This document shows positions 47,815 to 58,051 of a stretch of 64,000 nt of DNA, one piece after another. The stretch is from a virus. The stretch lies in the IMG/VR virus record IMGVR_UViG_3300027908_000020, positions 60,545-124,544 of that record. One strand, given 5' to 3'. The notes below the pieces were generated by a model that saw only the letters and a list, made by a program, of their open reading frames with translations, searched no databases and was not told the DNA's origin. Within the stretch, counting starts at the first letter, position 1. Every line of letters starts with the position of its first letter. Made by a program: the position numbers and the translations under genes.

Positions 47815-50800
47815 ATGAGCCAATTCCCAGCTGGTATCGATAGTGACACAGATCTCCCCCGTGTCGACGACAACATAACCTCCATTGGAGCCGCTGCTAT
47901 TAACGCACTCCGTGATGCCGTATTCGCTATAGAAGCGAATATAGGAATCAATGCTCAGGGCGCAGCTTTATCCATAGCAGGTAGATTAAACACATCTCTT
48001 GATCCTCTTGGTAGGATTCTACCATCAGCTTTGGCTGGATTGGGGTTGGTCTACTTACCAATCACAGATTCCGAAATTTCTCCAACTGCCGGAATTGAAG
48101 AGTCAAAACTAAATCTTATATACTCTACATCTACACTTTATAATCTGTATCAAAACCTTGCAAATTCTATTGCTGTCTTAAATGGTTTCTTAAGCTTAGT
48201 GGGAGTTAAGCTTGAGCCACACATAGATGGTACGGCTTATAACCATGATTTGTCCGCAATCTTTGTTGATGCAGCATTGCCAATGCTCAAAACGCTTCCC
48301 GGCGCTAATGTTGCATTACCCGGCACATCTGTTCAAAATAGAAATACAACAAATGCGGATACTCTTGTAAAAGATATAAGTGATGATTTACTGACACATG
48401 AGACAGCTAATGGTCTTTATCCGCTTGTAGTTGGAAGTACTGGCACTGTTCCACCAGAAGGTTTTGCGCACGTAGCAACCGGTCTATGGATTGATACAAG
48501 TTCATTTGCCGTTGTTCCTCAATCTAATAATAGCCTACAATCATTTGCTGAATTCGTAGATAGCTCTAGCTTACTTTTACTAGGAAGTAGAACTCAAAAC
48601 CTATTCTCAAACGGAGTTTCTGTAGCAGCTAGAGCGTCCTTGCTAACAGCAGATGGGTATGGCCAATCAATAGTCCCCCCAACTCCTGTCATTGCATATT
48701 TACTTAATGTTCCGCCAGGACCAATTGCCGCGTCCCCTGTTGATGATATTAATCATGGAGATGATGTAGTACTATTTCAGCCTACTGCTCAGCAACTTTC
48801 TACTTTCAATATTGATGCACAATTCGCACAGGTATCTGCCGGAGATCTAATCACTATTAACTATGGAAATGGGATCACAGCTCAGTTTACAGTTGACTCT
48901 GTAAAAGCAATAGTGTCCGGTATAAATAGGACATACGCAGTTCGTTTGAATGGCAAGAATTTGTATTCAACATCTGATGGAGTGGCCCAAATCAATAGGC
49001 CTCTCTATACGACAAATAAATATGGAGTACTCGCAACAGCTCGCTGTCCAAACAGCATGGGTATTTTGGAATCACTTATTATAGCACACCCTCGTGCCGC
49101 AATGGTGCTAGGTAATGGATTTAATACAAGCGAATTTGATAACAATCATTACAATCTATATTTAACACTATTTGCGAACGGAGATCCAACAGCTCCGCTA
49201 TCCATGCCTGCAGTAGATTTAACTGGGAATAAAGGAGCAACTCCAGGGCAGTATACCTTAGATGCGATAGTCAATAATGCCAACGTTGCATTTAGGGCTC
49301 CAGGTTTCAATTTAAGATTCATAGCATTTGAGTACCAAGGACAATTTGGTATTATGTTAGCAGAGTCTTACAACAATGCGGCCTTCTCAATTATTAGTGG
49401 TACGGTAAATAGTTTAGGACAGTATACATCTTCTTCAAATTCATCATATCCAGCAAATGTTGTTGATAACTATGGAACAGGTATCTATCCAATAGATCCT
49501 CTTGGTTTTGGCCAGATCGGTGCGAACATTGCAAGTCCACCACCCGCTACATCATATTCTAGTGTTGGTGCCGCACAATTTGCACCTTCGCTACTATTCT
49601 ATCCAAAACGCAATATGTATTATTACGTTAATGGTGTTGAAACAGATTTATTAAAATCTGATCCATTAGCTTTGAATCAAATTGAGGATGGATATGGCGA
49701 TGGATATTGGCCTGCAACTATACTGCCATCGCCAGCCAGCATGGCTTTTCCAAATAGAGTCCAAGCAACATATCAAGTCAATTTGAATTTATCAACATCG
49801 GGCCTTGGGGCTGGTAAAACAGTTGTTATTCAACCAGCATTTCCAACCACAGATCCAAGATATAATTTTAGAGACTATGGAAGATTCATAATACAAAGTG
49901 TTTCATTCAGTGGATGTGATACTAGTAATCCAATAACAAACATAGTTGTGTATGATGCTGTACACGCCACTGGTTCTACTCCGGCAGTTACATCTACAAA
50001 TATTCCGGTTCTTGTATACTTCTCGGATGATTCTGTGGCGTTCAATGCTGAAAATGTTGCAGATCAATCATCAGCTGGATTACCATATACTCGATTCTTT
50101 GAATTATATGTCAACACTGTTGGACACACCTGGGCCCACGAGCGAGCCCGGTTTTCTGTGCCTGGAACTAGTTTAGCAAATATAAACTTTTCCGATGTGT
50201 CCCCAAAATTAACCGGATACCCAACTCAGATAGCAACAGGGGAGTTTGGGCAAGCTTTAGAACTAATAGTGAATAGTTATAGTGCTACCACCGGAATATT
50301 TGTTGGGCAACTAGTTAATCCAAATGCACCATCCGTAAATTATGGACCACTCACAACCGGAAAGAAAGGACAACCGGTTAGATTTTATGATGAAACTAAT
50401 GTAGACTACATCGATTTTATATTCAATGCTACGGCCACGATTCCTACCTGGTCTTCACCACTTAGTATACAAATTCAAGTATTTCCATCTCTTGAGTTGG
50501 ATCAAGAAAGCTTCTTACTATCAGGATGTCAGGTATCTGATGTTACCGGGCAAGTATCAAATATAATTGATAAAAGACAATACGGAAACACAAGTGAACA
50601 AAATTTCACAACATCAGCGCTTGACTACATCGCAGCACCAACAAGACTTCTAAATGAAAATGGTATCGTAAGAGGTTTCGATGAAATATCAACAGTTGGA
50701 AACCAAGTTCAATTTGATGGAGGAGAGGCCGTAGTCAATGGAAATATACTACAGCTCAATCCGCAGACGATTGAAATACCAGCTATTCTTGAAGCAATAA

Positions 50801-53667
50801 ATGGTTCAATTTCAAATAATGTAAATGTTATAACTTGGTTTGTATGCATTAATCAAGAAGAAGAGCTACAATTAATAGCGTCTACTGATTTTGACCCTGC
50901 AGGTTCATTTGTCTCTCAATATGCTGGTTTAGATAATACCAGATTGTTCTATGGCATGAATCCAAATTTGTCATCACCAGCAGCATATCCAATCAGAGGA
51001 ACATATTTTGGTGATTTGGTGATGAATCAGACAGATCTTGTACCAATTGCCGTTATTGTTGCGACAACAACTTCTGTGGGCGGAACATATGTTGTTAGCT
51101 CATTAACGTATAGTGACGCAAGAAGATTTACATATCGTGGCACCGGTGGTATAGGTAATATATTTATTCTCGGCCCTAATGGTTCGTTCAGATCGTTGCC
51201 TGCCCTATCAACCTGGCTAAATCAGCTTAATAATTATGAATCAGCAACAGTTGGTAACTCTACAATTAATCTTGTCGGAAATAGAGTACTTGTAAAAGGA
51301 GAAACTGTCATTTCCTCACCGGTAACGATAAATGTTAAAAATCCAGTATCTTTTATAGGTGATGGCGGTGGATTTCAGGTGGCATCAGCTCAAGGAATTA
51401 TAGTAACAAATGGTGTAACATTTGAAAATGTTCGATTCGATTATACATACATACCAACTATAGGCGAGGGCTACCTAACATCAAGCTTAATTAATAGCTT
51501 TAACGCCGCAATTTATTGTGATAGTGCATCAAGTAATCAAAATATCACGATAAAAAATTGTACATTTAACTCTTTTAACTCTAACCATTATCCATTTATT
51601 AGCTTTGAGCTTACAACAAATCAAGCAGTATTACAAAATGTTATTGTAAAAGACAATATAATAGTTAGTAATTCCGGGACTCAGGATCTGCGTGCAGCTA
51701 TTGTCATCAATAGTAAGGCACCAACTTTTTCTGCTACATTTCCTTATTTTCCCAAGTTAAATAACATTATTATAGAGAACAATCTCTGTAACAATGATCA
51801 AATGATTGCTATTACGTCATTGCGTTCTGGTGTTGTGGTTCCTGGCCCAATGGCCGCATGCACAAATGTTCGTATCACGGGTAACACCTGCGGTACCATT
51901 GGATTTCTAACATCTTATGATATTATTTCAACCAGTGATAACTCTAACTACTCTGGTATCGTTCATGATAAAGCAGACACACTTACAATCAATCATAATA
52001 CCTGTAAATTTATTTCAAATATTGACGGGTATTTGGGCCAGTACATTTCATTTCAGACGCTCGCGACATACGGTCCAGGCCTCAATGCTCCAATAAATTC
52101 TTCATTGCAGTGGGAACCGGCAACGTTTGCTGTAAGTTCTGCAACGATAACATCTCCGACATTGATGACAGTTGTTATTTCAACAACTAGTCCAAGTGCA
52201 TTTACTAGTGGAACAGATATAACTATAGTTGGATTAACTGGTGGTATTACACCAACACATGTATACGATACACCAATAACTGTTACAGGAACAACAATAA
52301 ATTCTGTTACCTTTACAGTAGCTATTTCTGGAGGATCTGGAGGTCCATCAAATACTGGATATGCTTATGTGCTATTTGATATAATTAATAACGGTACAGG
52401 GCCGTTCACAATTTCTGATAATACCTGTAACTGGATACAGGTTGGTACTTATTCGGATATCTATGGCGGAGGAGATGGAGTTATTTCTGGTAATAGATTA
52501 TTTCCATATATTCCAACATTTCTACAAAACTATACAGATACAATTTGTTCAGTTTCCCCTGTTAATGCTGCAATTATGCTAAATCCAGATAGTGGCCAAC
52601 AAAATACAAATTCAATTATATCTAATAATATAATGTCAGTTAAAGTTGATTATAGTAATCCAAGTCATGTATATTACACATATGATTATGGTATATTAAG
52701 TTTTAATAATGTATCTATAATTGGAAATTCAATAAATTCAACATCCACTAATTCGTGTATGACATCATCATTAGCTAATACAATTATGATTTGTATCGGC
52801 GGTGATAGTAATATTGTTACCAATAATACTTTAACACGTGGTGCAGCTACAGGTATTGCATCAATATCTGCATATATTAATGGAGCAGGTAATTCACCAT
52901 TCTTTAATCCAGAATTTTTAGTACTTAGTCAGAATGGTACTGTAATTAACAATATATTTGATTCGATTTATATCGATACGGCAAATACAGTATTTAATGA
53001 TGCAAATATTATTTTTGGTTCTAGCGCAGAATATAATTCTAATATTAATCAGGTTTTATATACAGTTGTGCCTGTAAGCGAGCTGTTTGTGACTTCTGCA
53101 GTTAGCGCAGCTGTAGAAGCTGGCGCCGCACAAGAACCAGCGGCTCCCAACAGCATACAGGGTGTTCGTTCAATGAACTCTGCAATCAATTTTGGCTCCG
53201 GAGCAGGGTGTGGCTTGCTATCAAATACCACACTCAGCAAGTATGTACCTGCTGGTGCAACTTTATTGTACGCTGTTGTCGGTATAAAAGCAAATGATTT
53301 TAATGCGAATGATTTCACTCCTAGCACATCAAGTTTGTTTGGTTTAGCCGCAACAAAACAGCCCAGTGCGGCATTCACACCATCAACTATTAGTACTAGC
53401 ATAGTAAGCATATATAATACTTACAGTCAAATTATTGGGTACTATCCATCAGCAGCTAAATATCCATTAACTACTGGTGCAGAACTATCAGCTTTAATAG
53501 CAAATGTTCAATATTTAGAATTAGACTTTACATCAGCAACAACAATTTTTAGTATAGGAAAAGATTCAGATATTAAAATTTATTTTGAAGCAACTAGCAT
53601 AGATGCTCCAAGTACTAATACATATTTAGATGTATCACCAATAACTATAAGATATACGTTTTCATAA
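47815..53667 (+). CDS. Large baseplate/fibre protein (1950 aa) with a C-terminal beta-helix region
   Basis: Low-charge beta-rich sequence, NITIKNCTF-type beta-helix repeats, position before the tail completion gene. Confidence 0.6.
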   Translation: MSQFPAGIDSDTDLPRVDDNITSIGAAAINALRDAVFAIEANIGINAQGAALSIAGRLNTSLDPLGRILPSALAGLGLVYLPITDSEISPTAGIEESKLNLIYSTSTLYNLYQNLANSIAVLNGFLSLVGVKLEPHIDGTAYNHDLSAIFVDAALPMLKTLPGANVALPGTSVQNRNTTNADTLVKDISDDLLTHETANGLYPLVVGSTGTVPPEGFAHVATGLWIDTSSFAVVPQSNNSLQSFAEFVDSSSLLLLGSRTQNLFSNGVSVAARASLLTADGYGQSIVPPTPVIAYLLNVPPGPIAASPVDDINHGDDVVLFQPTAQQLSTFNIDAQFAQVSAGDLITINYGNGITAQFTVDSVKAIVSGINRTYAVRLNGKNLYSTSDGVAQINRPLYTTNKYGVLATARCPNSMGILESLIIAHPRAAMVLGNGFNTSEFDNNHYNLYLTLFANGDPTAPLSMPAVDLTGNKGATPGQYTLDAIVNNANVAFRAPGFNLRFIAFEYQGQFGIMLAESYNNAAFSIISGTVNSLGQYTSSSNSSYPANVVDNYGTGIYPIDPLGFGQIGANIASPPPATSYSSVGAAQFAPSLLFYPKRNMYYYVNGVETDLLKSDPLALNQIEDGYGDGYWPATILPSPASMAFPNRVQATYQVNLNLSTSGLGAGKTVVIQPAFPTTDPRYNFRDYGRFIIQSVSFSGCDTSNPITNIVVYDAVHATGSTPAVTSTNIPVLVYFSDDSVAFNAENVADQSSAGLPYTRFFELYVNTVGHTWAHERARFSVPGTSLANINFSDVSPKLTGYPTQIATGEFGQALELIVNSYSATTGIFVGQLVNPNAPSVNYGPLTTGKKGQPVRFYDETNVDYIDFIFNATATIPTWSSPLSIQIQVFPSLELDQESFLLSGCQVSDVTGQVSNIIDKRQYGNTSEQNFTTSALDYIAAPTRLLNENGIVRGFDEISTVGNQVQFDGGEAVVNGNILQLNPQTIEIPAILEAINGSISNNVNVITWFVCINQEEELQLIASTDFDPAGSFVSQYAGLDNTRLFYGMNPNLSSPAAYPIRGTYFGDLVMNQTDLVPIAVIVATTTSVGGTYVVSSLTYSDARRFTYRGTGGIGNIFILGPNGSFRSLPALSTWLNQLNNYESATVGNSTINLVGNRVLVKGETVISSPVTINVKNPVSFIGDGGGFQVASAQGIIVTNGVTFENVRFDYTYIPTIGEGYLTSSLINSFNAAIYCDSASSNQNITIKNCTFNSFNSNHYPFISFELTTNQAVLQNVIVKDNIIVSNSGTQDLRAAIVINSKAPTFSATFPYFPKLNNIIIENNLCNNDQMIAITSLRSGVVVPGPMAACTNVRITGNTCGTIGFLTSYDIISTSDNSNYSGIVHDKADTLTINHNTCKFISNIDGYLGQYISFQTLATYGPGLNAPINSSLQWEPATFAVSSATITSPTLMTVVISTTSPSAFTSGTDITIVGLTGGITPTHVYDTPITVTGTTINSVTFTVAISGGSGGPSNTGYAYVLFDIINNGTGPFTISDNTCNWIQVGTYSDIYGGGDGVISGNRLFPYIPTFLQNYTDTICSVSPVNAAIMLNPDSGQQNTNSIISNNIMSVKVDYSNPSHVYYTYDYGILSFNNVSIIGNSINSTSTNSCMTSSLANTIMICIGGDSNIVTNNTLTRGAATGIASISAYINGAGNSPFFNPEFLVLSQNGTVINNIFDSIYIDTANTVFNDANIIFGSSAEYNSNINQVLYTVVPVSELFVTSAVSAAVEAGAAQEPAAPNSIQGVRSMNSAINFGSGAGCGLLSNTTLSKYVPAGATLLYAVVGIKANDFNANDFTPSTSSLFGLAATKQPSAAFTPSTISTSIVSIYNTYSQIIGYYPSAAKYPLTTGAELSALIANVQYLELDFTSATTIFSIGKDSDIKIYFEATSIDAPSTNTYLDVSPITIRYTFS

Positions 53668-54189
53668 ATGATTAATATATGGACGCTAACAACAGCTAAT
53701 TCTGGAATTAGAGTATCAAATTCTAATTTAATTAACACTAAAAATAGTGTACCAATTATTGGATTATATAATCCAATTAATAGTAATACTAATATAATAA
53801 TAACTAATTGTTATATTATGACATCGTCGGAAGATACAGTTGTATTAACAAATAATTGTTGGGGAGTAATATCAACAAACAATTATTTTTCAATTAAAAG
53901 TAATAGTAATAGTGCTGTTAATAATTCTACATTCAAAATTGGTGGTAGCGTGGCATCAACTTTTGATGGGTACAGCGGTAATGCTATATTGTATTCGATT
54001 CCAACATTACTTAGGTATGTTCAGGGTATAGTATTGACTACAACTGACACAATAATAAATCAAGAAGATAATGTTAATATAACTTGTTATCCCGGTTCAG
54101 CTGTGGGAATTTATGTACAATCTGTCCCTGGGTCTCCCCCTACTATAACGGCATCAATAACATGGCAAGAAGTACCTATCGGTAACTGA
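53668..54189 (+). CDS. AT-rich Asn/Ile/Thr-rich protein (possible fibre accessory)
   Basis: Starts immediately after the upstream TAA; 173 aa. Confidence 0.5.
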   Translation: MINIWTLTTANSGIRVSNSNLINTKNSVPIIGLYNPINSNTNIIITNCYIMTSSEDTVVLTNNCWGVISTNNYFSIKSNSNSAVNNSTFKIGGSVASTFDGYSGNAILYSIPTLLRYVQGIVLTTTDTIINQEDNVNITCYPGSAVGIYVQSVPGSPPTITASITWQEVPIGN

Positions 54190-54228
54190 TAGAAAAATAT
54201 CCATTTACCCACCTAAGGAAATAAAATA

Positions 54229-55020
54229 ATGGTCACTGGAAATTTTTTCAAGAGCGATTTATATAAAATACACGACATCGTACAAAATTCGATGACGCTG
54301 TATCCCAAGGAGCTTGTAATAGCTACTTTAAGAGATTTCTTTTCAAACGATAGTTATTATCATTATGTACATGATCTGTGGGGATTTCCTCAAACCCCTG
54401 ACTACACAGACCTGCCAGAAGATTCGGGATTCCATGATAATATTACAACAAGACTATTCATTGGGGAAAGTTATAGATTTGATATTATCTACTACCCAGC
54501 AATTACTGTCAGACATGGTGGATCGGCCTCGGTACCAATTTCTATAAACCGTGAAGTTAATAGCGTAAAGTGGGATAATATGGTATTTGAAGACGGGTAC
54601 GGGAATATAAAAACTTTTATGGTTCCAAGTTACTTTATATTTGCAGGTGCTTGGGAGGGTAGTATTAATATTGAAGTAATGGCAAGAGACCTACGAGCTA
54701 GAGATGATTTGGTAGATTTGGTGTCATTGTTGTTTGTAGATATAGCATTTAACGATTTATATAAATCAGGACTGATTGTAAAAGGCGTATCATCAGGGGC
54801 TCCAACAGAAACAGATGACCGAAACGATAAACTTTTTAGACAAACAATTACATTACAGATAAGATCAGAGTGGAGACGCCACGTACCCATCAATAGCGTA
54901 ATAGAAATTATAAATACTAGCATAGAATTTCAGCGTACAACCCCAACATTAGGCCCAGTAGATCCGAATTTAACTATAAATACTACCCAAACTCTTGCAC
55001 AACTATTGGCGAAATTGTAA
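54229..55020 (+). CDS. Tail completion/terminator-like protein
   Basis: Directly precedes the sheath; YPAITV...SINIEVMARDLRARDDLVD pattern. Confidence 0.55.
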   Translation: MVTGNFFKSDLYKIHDIVQNSMTLYPKELVIATLRDFFSNDSYYHYVHDLWGFPQTPDYTDLPEDSGFHDNITTRLFIGESYRFDIIYYPAITVRHGGSASVPISINREVNSVKWDNMVFEDGYGNIKTFMVPSYFIFAGAWEGSINIEVMARDLRARDDLVDLVSLLFVDIAFNDLYKSGLIVKGVSSGAPTETDDRNDKLFRQTITLQIRSEWRRHVPINSVIEIINTSIEFQRTTPTLGPVDPNLTINTTQTLAQLLAKL

Positions 55021-55150
55021 ACATTATATTTTATAAATATGGGCGAGAACAACGCATAAAAAGAGATAAATATATAACCTGCCAATAGTAATATTGCAAC
55101 ATATTTAGTGTAAATATAACTTAAAGGTTTAATTAGATAGAGGAATTTCA

Positions 55151-57988
55151 ATGGCCAATATACCCGGAGCTTCGAGCATAACACCAGCGGTAGTTACCAA
55201 TATAGAAACTCAAACTACTGGAGTATCGGTACCAGGTGGCGTTCGCATCGCTTCTATAATCGGCCTAGGTGCTAGAAGCGAAGTGATAGTAGCTTCAGGC
55301 ATCGGTGGCGGACAAGATGGACTCAATGATACATATACATCAGCAAATGGTTCTGATGGTAGGCATTTTACATTAGATTTTTTTCCAATAGTTTCAAATA
55401 GAACTACATTATTCCTGAACGGTATTCCTTTAGTTGGAACCGAAATCAATATAACACCAACAACAACTTTCCCAGATAACTTTAACTACGCAGTAGATAT
55501 TGAAACTGGCCACATCCTTATGCAGGCTGCATATGTTGTTGATCAGGGCGGAAGTTTCTACACTGCTGGTGCAACCAACGTAGGTATTGGTACCATTCAG
55601 ATGACGCCATCTTCTTCAGCAGGAAATGGACCCAACCTTATTGATCAAAATGCACCGCAAGAAGTATGGACTATCAAGTGCATACAGGTTCAAAGAAATA
55701 ATCTCAATCAACCAATTGCTGGTACAGCTAGTTTCGTTGCATTCGGTTCTGTTTCAGGTAATCTTCTTGATGGTTATGGAAACCCTGCTATCTGGATTGC
55801 AAATAACACTTTAGAGAACAACACAATCTTGTCGTTCACAATACAAGAAACAGTTGTTAATAGTACTGTTGTATCCCCATTCCGTGAGGGAGATTATTTC
55901 ACAGTTGATGTAGATAGCGGAGTACTTGCAGCAAATGCAAGCTTAACCGCTACGTACATAGCTGAACAGGATATCAATAACCCAGTGTTCTACTCAAATA
56001 TTAAGGACATTGTTACGAACTTCGGTGCTACAAGCCTAGATAATACATTAACTCTCGGTTGTCAACTAGCTTTCGCTAACAGTACTCCGGGTATTATGTG
56101 TGTGGAGGCCGCTCCTTCTCTTCCAAGAAGAACATCTTATCAACTCGAAACAAATTTTCCAGCAACTTCGACAAACTGTGATGATTTCATATTGCCGTTT
56201 CCGCCCGGAGTTACACCAGACTTCAACTCTACAATAAATATCTTCGTTACCAACCCAGCCACATCAGTTGAAACACAGCTTCTTGCTAACAAAGTTCCTT
56301 TCTATACGTATACTCTAGCAAATACAGAAGTTCAGGCTGGACCAATTTGTAGCTTTATCTTCGATGATGTTGAGGCTCCGCTTGGAAATTCATTTGCATA
56401 CACTGTTGCACAATCTGTTGAAACAATCTCGTTTGCGCAAGATGGTTATCTTGATACAGCTGGTTTAGGTCGTACATATGCTTATTTCAGCAGTGCAACA
56501 CTTGGTGAATTTGATCTAACCGATGTTGGCCTAAATCTTGTTACTTTTGATACAGTTAACGGTGCAAATACTGGTGTATTCCCAATAGTTGCAGTTAACG
56601 ATGGTGTAGCAACAATATATGCTAATGGAACCCCTCCATTCCCGGCATTCGTCAACGATGCTGCAGCTCATTTCCAGGTAATAAATCCAGTGTTTGGTAC
56701 TGTTGTGCCTGGTAGCGTAGGTGTTGATGGCGCCATGGTTGCTCAATCAGATCCTTCAACTGCCACATTAACCAGCGGCACCATTAATTTTAATAGCCTT
56801 GGTGGAGCTGGCTTAGTTGGATACCAGCTGCAGATAACTTCTTCCACTACATCATCAAACTTGGGATTGTATGACATCACCGGTTATAACGCAACTGGTC
56901 GTGGTACACTCACAATCGCAAAGGCCTTTGTAAGTGAACACAACATCAAATTCGAAGTACAAAATCCAAATCTAACAAGTGATTATTTGGTGCTGAACCA
57001 TAACATTGTACCACAAGGGTACACTGTTAGAGTCACGATTGTTGATGAGCGCGATGCGAGCTTCTTCGATGCCGGTTGGGAATTGGCATTGGCGTCGCTA
57101 GAAACACAACAAATCGATATTCTTGTCCCGCTTCCACAGCAGACTATTTCCGTTATTTTCCAGAATGCTCTTTCTCACTGCGAAACGATGAGCAACTTGA
57201 TAAATATGAAAGAACGTGAACTGTTTATTGGAGCAATCAATGGGCTTACACCAGCTAACTTGACTGGAGCCCAGCTTGCAGCAGTTGAAAGTCTTGGACC
57301 ACTTGAGGGTATCCAGGGCAATACTGAGGCCGAAATTCTTGCTGGTGATACCGAAGACTTACTAAACTACTCGGTTTCAAATGCTTATGGAGACACATAC
57401 CGATGCGTTTACTTCTACCCAGATCAGATAGTTGTCCAGGTTGGAAGTGCAAATCAAATCGTTGATGGATTCTATCTAGCAGCGGCAGCGGCAGGATACC
57501 TATCAGGTGTAAGCAATGTATCTATACCTCTTACAAACAAAGTTCTTTCAGGATTCACTATCCTACAGAACCGTCAGTTTAATCAGCTCACATACCAGCA
57601 ACTTGCAGCTGCGGGTGTAACAGCTTTAACTCCCGTAGCCGGTGGCGGTAACGTTGTGTGGGGAATAACGACCAGTCAAAGCGGCTTTGTTGAGGAACAA
57701 GAAGTTTCAATCATCTTCATCAGAGACAGAATTGCAAAGTCCTTACGAGCGGGGTTTGCGGGCTTCATTGGTATGCCGGGAACCGGCGATGTTCAGTCCA
57801 ATCTTATGGCAAGAGCATTCGCACTATTCAACTCTTTCATTAGTCAGCAACTCATAACAGCATTCCAAAACCTTGTGGTCGCTCAGGATGCGGTGGAACC
57901 AAGACAATGGAATATAACGGCCAGTGTGAGCCCGATTTACCCCCTTAATTGGGTTTACATTAAGGTTGGTGTGGGTGTATTAACATAA
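55151..57988 (+). CDS. Tail sheath protein with large inserted domains
   Basis: N-terminal PAVVTNIET; C-terminal sheath-like region (PLTNK, LAAAGVTAL, IRDRIAKSLR, FIG, PIYPLNWVYI); directly upstream of the tube gene apart from the HNH gene. Confidence 0.88.
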   Translation: MANIPGASSITPAVVTNIETQTTGVSVPGGVRIASIIGLGARSEVIVASGIGGGQDGLNDTYTSANGSDGRHFTLDFFPIVSNRTTLFLNGIPLVGTEINITPTTTFPDNFNYAVDIETGHILMQAAYVVDQGGSFYTAGATNVGIGTIQMTPSSSAGNGPNLIDQNAPQEVWTIKCIQVQRNNLNQPIAGTASFVAFGSVSGNLLDGYGNPAIWIANNTLENNTILSFTIQETVVNSTVVSPFREGDYFTVDVDSGVLAANASLTATYIAEQDINNPVFYSNIKDIVTNFGATSLDNTLTLGCQLAFANSTPGIMCVEAAPSLPRRTSYQLETNFPATSTNCDDFILPFPPGVTPDFNSTINIFVTNPATSVETQLLANKVPFYTYTLANTEVQAGPICSFIFDDVEAPLGNSFAYTVAQSVETISFAQDGYLDTAGLGRTYAYFSSATLGEFDLTDVGLNLVTFDTVNGANTGVFPIVAVNDGVATIYANGTPPFPAFVNDAAAHFQVINPVFGTVVPGSVGVDGAMVAQSDPSTATLTSGTINFNSLGGAGLVGYQLQITSSTTSSNLGLYDITGYNATGRGTLTIAKAFVSEHNIKFEVQNPNLTSDYLVLNHNIVPQGYTVRVTIVDERDASFFDAGWELALASLETQQIDILVPLPQQTISVIFQNALSHCETMSNLINMKERELFIGAINGLTPANLTGAQLAAVESLGPLEGIQGNTEAEILAGDTEDLLNYSVSNAYGDTYRCVYFYPDQIVVQVGSANQIVDGFYLAAAAAGYLSGVSNVSIPLTNKVLSGFTILQNRQFNQLTYQQLAAAGVTALTPVAGGGNVVWGITTSQSGFVEEQEVSIIFIRDRIAKSLRAGFAGFIGMPGTGDVQSNLMARAFALFNSFISQQLITAFQNLVVAQDAVEPRQWNITASVSPIYPLNWVYIKVGVGVLT

Positions 57989-58000
57989 AGTTTAGTTGTA

Positions 58001-58043
58001 TTGACACAATATTCTTTATGGTTAAATTGCTCCGTAGGAGCAA
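58001..58043 (+). promoter_or_regulatory. Sigma70-like promoter plus an RBS-occluding hairpin
   Basis: TTGACA-16 nt-TAAATT; TTGCTCC-GTA-GGAGCAA (58027-58043) contains the GGAG. Confidence 0.6.
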
Positions 58044-58051
58044 AAGTAAAA

